Source: Vicugna vicugna
Lineage: Eukaryota
Length of the DNA: 64,000 nt
NCBI GenBank assembly: GCA_013265495.1
Contig: MU063048.1
Span: 4,092,001 to 4,156,000, forward strand
Reading direction: 5' to 3'
Shown: positions 50,240 to 60,515 of the stretch, one piece after another
Numbering within the stretch: position 1 is the first letter of the stretch
How the letters are laid out: each line of letters opens with the position of its first letter
The notes under the pieces: model-generated
Seen by the model: only the letters and a program-made list of their open reading frames with translations
What the model was told of the DNA's origin: nothing
The model's database searches: none
Program-made: the position numbers and the translations under genes

Positions 50240-51360
50240 ATGCTGCAGGGAAGCAAACATTTTTTGCCCCAGCACATCTGAAAGTATCCCTGTTCCGTCC
50301 TCAGAATCAGTCAGGCAGCTGAGGTGCATTTCTAGGTTGGAGGTACTTTTCCTTCAGAACTTTGCAGCTCTGCTCCCTTGCCTTTAATTTTCATGTTTCC
50401 GTGGGAACCTGGGCCACTCTTCCTCCTTGTCCCCACGACCCCTGCACAGGCATCTCGGTCCCCAAGCTCTGAGACCCTGTGGGACTGGCATGTAGTCCTG
50501 GCCGTAATCTGGGTGCTCTGCAGGGCCTTTCAGTCTGGAAACGCATATTCTGCTCTGATCAATTTTCTGATTTCCTTTAAAATAACTTCTGTCCTTACTC
50601 TGCCTCTGGAAATCCTATTATACTGACCTCTTGAGGCCATCTTCCAATTTTTATCTTCCCTGTTCACAGCTACATCTTTTTGCTCTACTTTCTGGAAGGT
50701 TTCCTTAATTTGATCTTCAAAATCTCCTCTTGAATTCTTAATTTTCTGAATTTTTTTCAACTTATAAATCTTTTTTTTCCAAATTGTCCTTCTTCATGTT
50801 GGCTTTGGTTTCTCTGATGTCTTCCCTTATTTCTCTGAAGACATTAGCAATGGTGTGTGTGAAGTTTTTGTTCCGTCCTGTTTTTTAATTACCTTCTCTG
50901 TTCTGTTTCCTCCAAGCTGCTGTTTTCCATTTGCCTGTTGTTGCCTGATTGGTGTCTTCCGTAAGTGTGGTTTTCCTCACACGCCTGTCTCCTAATCCTT
51001 GGCTTTCTGCTCATGTTTAGAAGTGGGGGACTAAAGAGCCGGGCGGGGTGCTGAGGACGTGGTTAGAGCGTGGTGGCTTTTGGTCATTCTAGTGCTCAGA
51101 GGGCCATTCAGATGGAGACTGAGCCCAGAGTAGAGTCCCCAGCCTCCCCGAGAAGGGGACCAGCCTGACCCCAGCCTCCCCCCAGAAGGGCACCAGCCTG
51201 ACCCCAGCCTCCCCCCAGAAGGGGACCAGCCTGACCCCAGCCTCCCCCTGGAAGGGGACCAGCCTGACCCCAATACCCGGCTTGGGGACAAGGAGTCTCA
51301 GGGTTCAGAGTACAACCCACTTACCTTTCCTGTTCGCCACGTGGTGGCCCCAGCCTTGCG
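50240..51360 (-). mobile_element. Ancient L1ME-type ORF1/5' region, antisense (may extend left toward about 49500)
   Basis: Minus-strand ORF 50530-50760 DFEDQIKETFQKVEQKD..ILKEIRKLIRAEYAFPD resembles L1ME ORF1 (LEDKVEEISQKVEQKD..IIQENFPELK). Also atttctaggttgg..ttccttcagaacttt. Confidence 0.75.
51137..51272. repeat. 33-bp VNTR, 4 copies plus a partial copy (CCCCAGCCTCCCCCCAGAAGGGGACCAGCCTGA)
   Basis: Units at 51137 (32 bp), 51169, 51202 and 51235 (33 bp each). Confidence 0.95.
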
Positions 51361-52576
51361 GGTCCCAGTGGCCTTCTCCAACGATGAAATACTATCCCAG
51401 TGCTGTCAAAAAAGTGAATCGAAGCTAGAACATTCCAATGATGGACCAGAAATAAAGCTTGTGAGGCCAGTTTATGTCTCTGATACCAAACTTATGCCCA
51501 CAGTCCAGCCATGATCAACTTTGAATATCTATCCTCAGTGACACCGTAATCCACATGGCCAAGTAACTAATGCTCTATTCTGGCCTTTGATCCCCACGCA
51601 ACCTGATCCAGATTTGATCACAGACTGTCCTGTTGTCACAGGTTTCATCTCCAGCTGATGAGACAAACCAGTTCTGACTGAAGATAAGCATGAAAGTCAA
51701 ACATTGCTTTGTAACTTTTCTTTCTTTGCTCAAAGGTTCCATTTGTAAAAATATTCAAGTTATATAGTGTTTTTTTTTAGTTTGGATGTTAGTTTGTAGA
51801 AATCCAAAGGTCAGCTTTAGGCCAGTGGCTTCATTTCTTTAAAAATGAGGATGGAAAACTCCAGCAAGAAGCTGGTTTTGAAACTGGTGAACATACGCCC
51901 TCAATTTATGACAAGGGAGGGGGGCAGGCGGCTGACCCTTAACTGTCATCAACTGTGGACGTTTAAGGAAAAACCCTTGAGTTCAGACACCGTAGTAGCT
52001 GAACTGGGGAGGACGAGATGCTGATACACCTCTCTTGGTGGGAAGTGAGCCAATTCGTTATGTGGTTTCTGGAGGTTTCATCATCTGAAATGTATTGTGG
52101 GGCCACCCTTACTGGCAGTGAGAGGACTTGTGTGCAGGAAAGGGATGCAATGAATGGTTAAGTAGTGTCTGAAACTTACTCTGAAATGGAATGCACAGGA
52201 TTTACAGTGAATATCCCTAACACTACAAAAATGGAAAGTAGAAGACATGAATTAATTCACAGTAATTGATTTTATCAAGGATAGTCTAAAGAACAAAATC
52301 TTTGAAGTCCCTGAAAGTTGCCCAGTTCCTTATTCTGGCTGATCTGTTCATTTCTAAAGTCTTAACTTCTGAACCCACCATGATTTTTTTTTTTAAAGAG
52401 GGGAGAAACCCTACCTTTTTTGAAATAGATCTGGAAAGGCTTTGGTTCACTGTTGCCCTAAAAGTCGGTGAAGCATCAACTCCCGAGTTCCCACGCTCCC
52501 GCAGGGGGAGGGGCTGCGGCCCCGCCAGGTGCTCCCGAGCGGTTAGGGGCTGACCGAGTCTCTGTCTCCTTTACAG

Positions 52577-52673
52577 GTGGGAAGGAAAGGATGAAAATGA
52601 GGTGGGCAGATGCAAGGAGACCGGTAAAGTGCACGTGACCGTGGATCTCAAGTACTACCGGCCCACTGAAGTG
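52577..52673 (+). CDS. GMDS: GDP-mannose 4,6-dehydratase, internal coding exon (human exon 9 equivalent), 97 nt, phase 2 in / phase 0 out
   Basis: Acceptor tctgtctcctttacAG at 52575-76 and donor GTG|GTGAGG at 52674. The first base completes Val, then [32 protein letters not shown] with the conserved GMD YYRPTEV motif. The frame joins the previous exon exactly. Confidence 0.98.
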
Positions 52674-53279
52674 GTGAGGACGTGGGGCAGGGCGGGTGGG
52701 CCACGTGAGGGCGGGGCCACGCTGCGGCCTGCGGTGGGTCGGGGGAGGCTCTGACAATCCTACACGCGCGGCCACGCCCCACGGCTCGGGGCTCTGTCAC
52801 CTCCGGTGCGCACTTCCCAGACCAGAGTCCAGGTGGCTGGATCTGAGATGTTCTTGTCGCCATGAAATCCACTGCTGAGTAAAGGAAAACCAGGGTCCAA
52901 CACACCCAGGGAAACGGTTGCTTTCAGAAATGGAGGTTCATGTCAAAGGCAGAGCTCATCAGCTGAGTCACCGGGCTGATGGCCGAGCCCGGGTCCCTGC
53001 AGGACGTCTGCCTCCCCAGGCCCCGCGACCTGCAGGGCTGGAGATCAGGAGGGCCGCTGCTGCCGGGGCCGGCGCTCACTCGCACACTCACGCGTGCTCA
53101 CACTCTCCTGCACCCCCGCGTGCATTCACAGCCCGAGCCCGGGAGCCCTGCACACTTGTTAGGCCTCAGCTCCAGTGTCGTCCTGCTCATGAACCCTTTT
53201 CGGGCCACATCTTTCCACCGCCGGAATTTCTGCCCTCCCCTGCCCGTGTGATGCGCCGCACGCAGCTATATCGCAACAG

Positions 53280-53430
53280 CTATTGTAATTCATTGTGCTC
53301 ACCTGTTTTCATGTTTTTCTCCAAAGAGTTTCTCCAAACTGTGAGCTCTTTGAGGATAAGGACGTTTCAGTATCTTAGACGATAACAAACGCAGAGCTTG
53401 ACACACGCTGATGGACGGGCGGGTGGTGGG
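53280..53430 (+). mobile_element. L2 3' end
   Basis: attgtaattcattgtgctcacctg..actgtgagctctttgaggataaggac resembles L2 actgtgagctccttgagggcagggac. Confidence 0.7.
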
Positions 53431-55654
53431 TAAAGGCCTGCGTCTCTAAATACAGGACTTCCCACAGTGAGAGATGACGCAGAGGTTGTTGGAAGGTAAC
53501 CTCCTGCTTTCCCCAATTACGAAAACTTCCCGCTTGGTGTTGCCATGTTACTGTATTCCCCCTCACTCTGGTGGCTACACTCTGTGCAAAATGCCCCTAA
53601 TGGTGACAGAAAGCAGTGTCTTCAGAGGGAAGTGCTCAAGCCCGGTGATTGCCTCACGTCTGTTAACTGCGAAGGGAGACTCATTTGGACTGTTCTGCCT
53701 GCGTTTTGAACCACATTGCCGTCTGGCGCACAACCTCTGCGGGACTGGGCAGCCCGGGGAGGGAAGGCTGAAAGTCAGCGCGTCGGCACTGAGCACCCCT
53801 CGAAAGGTCTCGTTTCAGACAAAAGAAGGAGCTTCGTTCCACGCGCTCATCCGCACGGGGGTGAAGGAGGGCAAGCGGCCGCGAGGGGAGCGGGCTCGGG
53901 CTGGGCACCATCCTGCCAGGCCGGGCCAGGCGGGGCTCCCCGGCCAACAGTGGTGTCCTGAGCTGCTGGGGTGGGTGCACCCGGGAGAGGATGTGCTGAG
54001 GGCAGGGGACACACCCGCCGACACAGCAGGGCCTGTCTGGAGCCCCCTCTTCGAGAGGGGTGCCCCAGCCGCCCCTTCCCTGAGCTCTGAGATGCCCTGA
54101 ACCGGCTCATCCCACGGGGGGAATTCCTGAACCAGCAGCAACCTCGACCCTCTCAACAGCTGAAATGCGGCCCCCTCTCTCTCCTTTCTCAAAATAGTTT
54201 CAAAAGCTAGGAAGTCGTAAGAGTGGCCTGGCAGTCTTCTTCCTTGGGCAAGGCGTGGGGCTGAGGACAGGACGAGAGGGCTCGCCCAACAGGAAAAGGG
54301 CCCTTGGGCTAATGAGACGGTCCTCCGAGTCCGGCCGACCCTGCTTCCTGCCGAGACTCTCCCCACGTTTCTTTGGTTCGTGGAAACGTCACCACCACAC
54401 CCGTCGTGCAGGTCCGTCTGCCAGGGGGTCATCTGCGCGTCAGAGCCGCGTCCTGTTTCTCAGGCTTGCTTTTTCTTCGGCTCTCGCTCTCCGATTCCCT
54501 ACACTGCTGGATTGTGGACTTCCTGCTGCGCTTCATCTTTCTCAGCCTGCAGGCTACACTTGTCCCGTCCCCGCCTCTCGGCCTCGGTCTGCGGGGTGGG
54601 CTCCTCGCCGACAAGCAGACCTCACTTTTAACCTCGTTTCTCAGAGCGGTGGTTTTCCCAGAACTTGGATTGACTTAGCCTTCCGCTGAGCCACCCCGGA
54701 GGAGGGTGACCGGGACGGCAGGCTGCCCCAGGAGGGAGCTCACGCACAGGTTCGGGGCCGACAGCTCCAGGGAGTCGTGGGCATGAATCCTGCAAACCCC
54801 TGGACATGGGGTGGCCCAGCCGTTCTCCCGCATCTGAGTCGTGATCCCCCTTCTCTGGGTCAAGTCCATCCCACTGGTGCTTCTGGCAACTTCTCATTCT
54901 TCCTCGAGTTCTAGAGAAGTGTGTTCTCCTGACTGGCCTGTCTCGCATCCTCAGCACGTGGGCCACTCCGAAGCCAAAGGCATAAGCTAGATCTTAAAGT
55001 CAGGTGGCTCCAAGGATGACCGAAAGAAAAAATAACCGTGAAGAAAACGGAGGAGCGGTGGGGAGCAGTAAGGACGTCTCAGGCCTCGGAACACCAGCAT
55101 CCTCAAGCCAGACCCAGGGAGGTAAAGCTCTGGGTTGTTGTTTGAATGAGAGTCAGACCAAGGCTGATGTTTACCTGTGGCGGGCCAGCGCGACCACCAG
55201 GGAGCCGACCTCGGGGCCGATCACGCTTTCCTTGTGGGCTTTGCCACCACAGAACCTTCAGGCCTGCTCCTGCGCCAACAAGGGGACCTGAAAGTTTTTG
55301 TCCTGCACAGAGGACCCTGGCATTCAGTTAGAACCGATTTGTGTTCCCTCCCTATAAAGCTCTGGGCTTCCCTTGAACGTCTCGGAGTTCTGCTGCCATG
55401 GAGAGCTTGACCCTGGATGATAGACCTTCAGGTTCCCATTGCCCCTGCATCCCAGCATTTGGTGATGGCAATGTCAGTACTGGAGCTCTGTGCCTCTCCA
55501 GCCTCCTGGCCCGTCCCCAGTGTTCTCTGCATGTGTCCATGTGCACAGAGCCCTCGCCACCTGCGTCCACACCTGGACAAGCAGTGGCGCTGACCGCTGA
55601 GTTCAAAGCTGTCCCTCACCAGGTGGTGACCCGAGGCGGGTGCCTCCACAGTGC

Positions 55655-55920
55655 CTCTGTTCGCCTGTCTTTAAAAATGGGATTAAGAGTAGAACCTCTT
55701 TGAGGGGAGGGCATAGCTCAGCGGAAGTGCGCGTGCTTAGCGTGCACGAGGTCCTGGGTTCAATCCACAGTGCCTCCATTTAATTAGTTAATTAACTAAT
55801 TTAAAAAATTAATAGAATCTCTTCCAAAGAGTTGCTGGAGAATTGATGGGGTCGGTGATACAAAATGCTCCTCAGAACAGTGCCTGGCTCACAGTAAAAT
55901 ACCCAATATTGATGTTGTTA
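55655..55920 (+). mobile_element. MIR interrupted by the SINE at 55704
   Basis: Left half tctttaaaaatgggattaagagtagaacctc. Right half cagaacagtgcctggctcacagtaa..cccaata. Confidence 0.7.
55704..55812 (+). mobile_element. tRNA-Ala-derived SINE of the camelid Vic-1 type
   Basis: GGGGAGGGCATAGCTCAGCGG..CGTGCTTAGCGTGCACGAGGTCCTGGGTTCAATCCACAGTGCCTCCA. A box 55714-24, B box 55757-66, AT-rich tail, and a diverged target-site duplication tagaacctctt (55690-700) / tagaatctctt (55813-823). Confidence 0.9.
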
Positions 55921-55924
55921 TTTA

Positions 55925-56020
55925 TTTATTCATTCAGCAAATATTTACCACCCCGTGATAGACCCTAAGAATTCAGCAAAGACGAGGCGCAGCCCTCCCG
56001 CCCCCTGGAGATGTAGGTGG
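55925..56020 (-). mobile_element. L2 3' end, antisense
   Basis: ttattcattcagcaaatattta..cagcaaagacgaggcgcagccctcccgccccctggagatgtag resembles reverse L2. Confidence 0.65.
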
Positions 56021-58145
56021 AGGGTGCGGCTCGGTTACCACACCCGGTCCGTGTCCCAAGCAGAATGACATCGTTGGTGAACTGCGCGCATTTACCACTA
56101 AAAAGCGAATAGAGAGCATGGTAGGATCAGAGCTTGCAGCAGACAGTAACGTGCACGCACACGCTTTGGCTTTTTTGTTCTTGCTTCATCTTGGTTTTTG
56201 TCTTTTCCGATCCTCTGAAGATTCAGCAGCTGTGCAGTGGAATTGTGTAACTGTGGGAAGTCAGTCCTGACCTATTGACTCAAAACAGCCACAAAGATGC
56301 TTTCTTTCTGTTTGAGATTTTTTAACTTGGAAACCTCACAGAGGTCGGACTGAGGAGCGTGCTTCCTAACGTGCCAAATCTCTGACCACACCCAGCGGTC
56401 AATCCACGTAAAGAAGAGAAAACCAAGTTTTTTCTGCTTTTCAGTGGAACTTTTTTCTGCAGAGCGCTTTAGGAAGGGGCACGGGAAACACATCCACAGG
56501 TCAGCATCAAGGGCACCTGTTGTTCCGGAACGCCGGAATTTAAGCTCTGCCGGCGGCGGAACTGAGTTCCTCCTCGTGGAGTCCTTTCCTCTGCCGTGCA
56601 CGTCTCGTGCTGCGGTACTTCTGATGTGCTCAGCTGTGCCTGGCGTTTGTTGTGTTTACTTAGCCACGTAACGTTTAGTCCCATTCTTTACAGACAGTAG
56701 AAGGAATTCTGATTAAATTCTAGAGCCGGGAGAGCAGCGACTTCAAAACCCAGCAAGCTGCTCAAAACGACACCTTCCTCCAGTAAAAACACGCGGCCTG
56801 TTTCTAATCGGATCACCGTGTGCTTGTCGAGTTGTCCTCTCAGCAAACTTTTCCTAGTATTTTCCTGTAAATGCTGTTGAGTTAAACGGCCCATAATTGC
56901 TTGGCTATCTCCTGGCCCTGTTTGGAATACAGCTGCGTAACACTCCAGACCCCAGGCACCTGGTCTGTGGGCAGGAGGCTCGTACACACACCAGTCAGCG
57001 CCACCTCGCCACCTCCACGCACGGGTCGGAGACTCTCCTCTCCTCCCTCCCGCCTCCTCATGCCTCCCACCCGCCAAGCAGGAACTCGGACCCTCCCTTC
57101 CTGCCGCCCCCCGCCCCGCCTCCTGACCCCTCTGCTCTCACCACCCCCCTCTCCGCTTTGCTCCCTCCAGGTTCCCACGGGTGGGAGCCAGTGCAGGGCG
57201 AGTCCCTCCCTTTCTGGTCCCTGGGCCGGTCCGGGGGGAGGCTGGGCGGCTGGCTCCGTGGGCTTGAACTGGCACATCCCCGCACCCTCTGCCTGCAGGG
57301 CCGCCAGACCGCGGGGGTGTGGAGTCCTGCCGCCGGTGCCGCCCCCCGTGCTTCCTCTGCTCTAGTTCTTCTCTGAACTTCTCACTGCTTGTGCTTTACA
57401 GATAGTCTGTGTCTCTAAGTCGCTGTTCATGTATTCTCGGCCTCTCTCCTGGCTCCTCGCAGTGATCTTTCTATCCTCCCTCAATCGCGCTGGCCTCGCC
57501 TGCCCTTTCCCTTCCTTGGACTTAACCAGCAGAGCTTGAAGTTCCAGTCTCTTCAGCGGATCCTCAGCTATTCCAGGGGGCGGACCCCATACTTCGCAGG
57601 ACCCCTGCGAAGCCCCCAGGGCGATAACATTCCTCCCAAAGCCTGTGTCCTTCCCTCAAGAATGTCTTGTCCCTGATGAGATAATAATTGTGTCCCCACT
57701 GGAGTGCCCCCAAGTTCCTCCTGGTGTTCCTTGAAGCTGTTACGATTAGATCCAGATTAGGATGATGTCATTACAGGTTCGAAGGTCTCTGTGATTGTGC
57801 ATAGCTATGTGCCTTCCCTTATTTGAAATGTTTTTTTGCGCATCCTGGAAACTCTCTAGCATCCTTACTGCAGACGCTTGCATTCCTGGCACCAGTAGGG
57901 AGTTCCTGTTAAATCTGTGCCTTTCTTCCCAGAAAGCCATCCAGGTCCTGACTGCCCTCGTGTGTAATCATAGCGGTGACCTCTTGGCATCTGGGAAATA
58001 AGCTCCAGAATCTTGGAAGTCCCTCTGGGCCGCTGCAGCCACTTCCCTGGGGAAGAGCTGGGGTCCACCTGCCAGGCGGGGCCCAGGTGCCTCGCAGACC
58101 GAGCCCTGCGGGAGGCGGGGCTCCCCGCTTCAGCCTCATCCCCTG

Positions 58146-58174
58146 CCCGGCCCGGCCCGGCCCGGCCCGGCCCG
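58146..58174. repeat. (CCCGG)n pentamer repeat, about 5.8 copies
   Basis: cccggcccggcccggcccggcccggcccg. Confidence 0.95.
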
Positions 58175-60348
58175 TGAGCTCTCCATCCCAGAATCTGAGA
58201 AGCCCCGATTGGCTGCTCTTTGCCTGCTTTTCACGCAGCTCTGCAGTGGTCTCCCTGCTCGAACAGCCGTGTCTAACTTCTGAAGTAACTGTAGTTCAGG
58301 ACTCTTTGTTCCCGGAGCTTTCACAGGTAACACTGTCCCTCTTTCTGTTTCCTGCTCTGCTCTGCTTTACGCTCCCAGCAAGGCCAGCCCTTCCACAGCA
58401 AGTCTGATTTCTCTCCCGGCGCACAGCTCGCCTGCGAGAGCCGCCTCGCCGCGTCTTCTGACGTTGCGCCTGGTGTCTGCCCGGGGCTCCTGCCGGCCTG
58501 AGCCTCGCCCTCGAGCCACCCCGGCCTCGCACCCACAACCCTGGTTTCCTCGCTCACTGTCGCACCTGCCAGCACAGCTGCCGCGTGCTTGGCGGCCGTT
58601 GTCAGAAACCTCCGAGGTAGTGTCCGCAGCTGATGGCCTTGCTGACTCCGAGCTCGGCTCTGTCCTACGCGGTTACACCTCGTGTGCTGGGCCTGGCGGT
58701 AAATCCCTGGTTCCATTCACCGCCGTTTAGAACAGACTGTACTTAAGAGCAAACTCCAGCCTTGCCTTTTGTGACGCTGCAGAAGGCGTCCCTGGTGGGG
58801 GAGGCGCGCGCGGCTTCGTGACACCTGTTGTGAGAATACCGCAGGTCCTGAAGGTTTCTCCAGTTTTTGGCATTCATTACAGCAATCCTTTAAGTAGGCA
58901 TTCATCGTGAGCATATAAAATACAATTCTCATTTCCCTTCAGCTTCTCAGAAGATGTCAGTGTTTATAAAACAGAGTATCCTCATGTGATTGTGGTCTTA
59001 GAGATTTACTGCAAAAGGAGTGTCTGTTGAGTTCCTGCTGTGGACGTGAGCCCTCGTAGCACCGTGGGATGGACGCGGGCGGGCGAGGGGAGGCCCCTGT
59101 CCGACAGTGACTGTCCCCAGGTGAGGGGGCAGCGTGGAGCTGTGGGCCAGTCCAGGGCGGGACCAGGGGAGCTCACTGAACCGGGGCAGTGGAGGCGAGA
59201 AACACACAGAGAGATGCCAGGACGTTGCAGGGAGGGGGACCAGGGGTTGGGGACCAGGTCGGATGGTGCCGTGGTGGACGGGCAGGACGTGAGGGTTAGC
59301 AGTGAAGGGTGGTGGCGGCCTAGATGCCGAAGCCCCCCCAGAGGCCCGGGAAGAGGACTCACTTGCAGCGGGGGCATCGAGCTGGCGCTGGGAGGTGGTG
59401 GAGGGAGGTGAGGTTTAGGGCCAGACATGCAGGAGGAGAAGTGAGGCCCTGGGAGGAGCACTGGGGGAGGCGGGTGTGGGAGGCAGGAGCTGGGTGGATG
59501 CAGGAGTTAAGTCTCAGGAACAGGTTGTGAAGAAGTTGGTTACGAATTCACACACTAAGCATTTGTATCCACAAGCCATAGAGCTGACTAAAGTGCCTTC
59601 GCCCTCGGTAATTATCCCCTGCCTTCAAGGCTCCTCGAGGCTTAAAGGACTGACACGAAAGAGCTGCCATTAGCTGGCAGTGATTGCCATCTCAGTCCAG
59701 GCAAAGCTGAATTTCAGATGTAAGCAGAGACCTCATTTCAAATTGATGTGTCCTGGAAGGCCGGATGCGACGCGCTGGACAATTCTCCAAGATGAAAGGG
59801 CTCCCGTAAATACAGGCGCCTGGCGCTGCGTGTTGCCGCCTTTGTCACTGTCATCATCCTAATTATCGTCATCGTCACCGTCAGGTTCTCCTGTGGCATC
59901 GCTGGTATCAGAAGACATCTGAGCGGACTCCCTGAGCCCTTCGCTCCTGAGGTTTTCTTTTATTTAAATGTTCGCTTCTGTACCTGGGCAGCTTCCTGCA
60001 GAAAGGATGTTGGCTCTCAGCACCGCCAGCCTTGATCTCCTGCCCCAGGGGTGGAAGCGGTGAGGGTGGTGAGAGAGGGGGCGTGGAGTGGGCAGCCTTC
60101 TCTGACTCTGCCTGCACTCCACATCCCCGGAGGCTCTCCAGGCCTGAGAGCCAGCAAGTTCCATGGCTGCTCCCAGAATTTAGGTATCGCTCACAGGCCA
60201 GAGATCAACCGCCAAAGAGAAGACCCCGGACCGCCTCCCTCCCTTATCTGCCGACCCCACCCCCTCCTCCCCGGAAATCCTCCTGCGAAAACCTCTCTCC
60301 GCACTTGCTCTGAGAGCTGGCCGGATGTCACCTTTACAGCCTCAAATC

Positions 60349-60515
60349 TGTCTTGCTTCCCTGCTGCTGTTACAACAAATCATCACAAACTTAGCAGCTT
60401 AAAACTGCACAGATTCATTATCTCGGGGATCTAGAGGTCGGAGGTCTGCGTTGCATTTCACTGGACTAAAATCAAGGCGTTGACGAAGCTGTGTACCGTC
60501 TAGAGGCTCGAGGGT
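60349..60515 (-). mobile_element. MLT1 solo-LTR fragment (3' end)
   Basis: tgtcttgcttccc..tgctgttacaacaaatcatcacaaacttagcagcttaaaac..ctagaggtcggaggtctg..tcactggactaaaatcaaggcgttg. Confidence 0.8.

Larger units (their letters stand above)
36387..52576 (+). other. GMDS: GMDS intron between exons 8 and 9 (GT-AG, 16,190 nt including the gap)
   Basis: GT at 36387 and AG at 52575-76. The reading frame is continuous across the junction (GT+G = Val). Confidence 0.93.

Noticed and set aside
55704-55778. Apparent tRNA-Ala(AGC) gene
   Set aside because: Acceptor and T stems are mispaired, there is an extra base at the 5' end, and it has an AT-rich tail, TSDs and insertion inside a MIR. It is a tRNA-derived SINE, not a tRNA gene.
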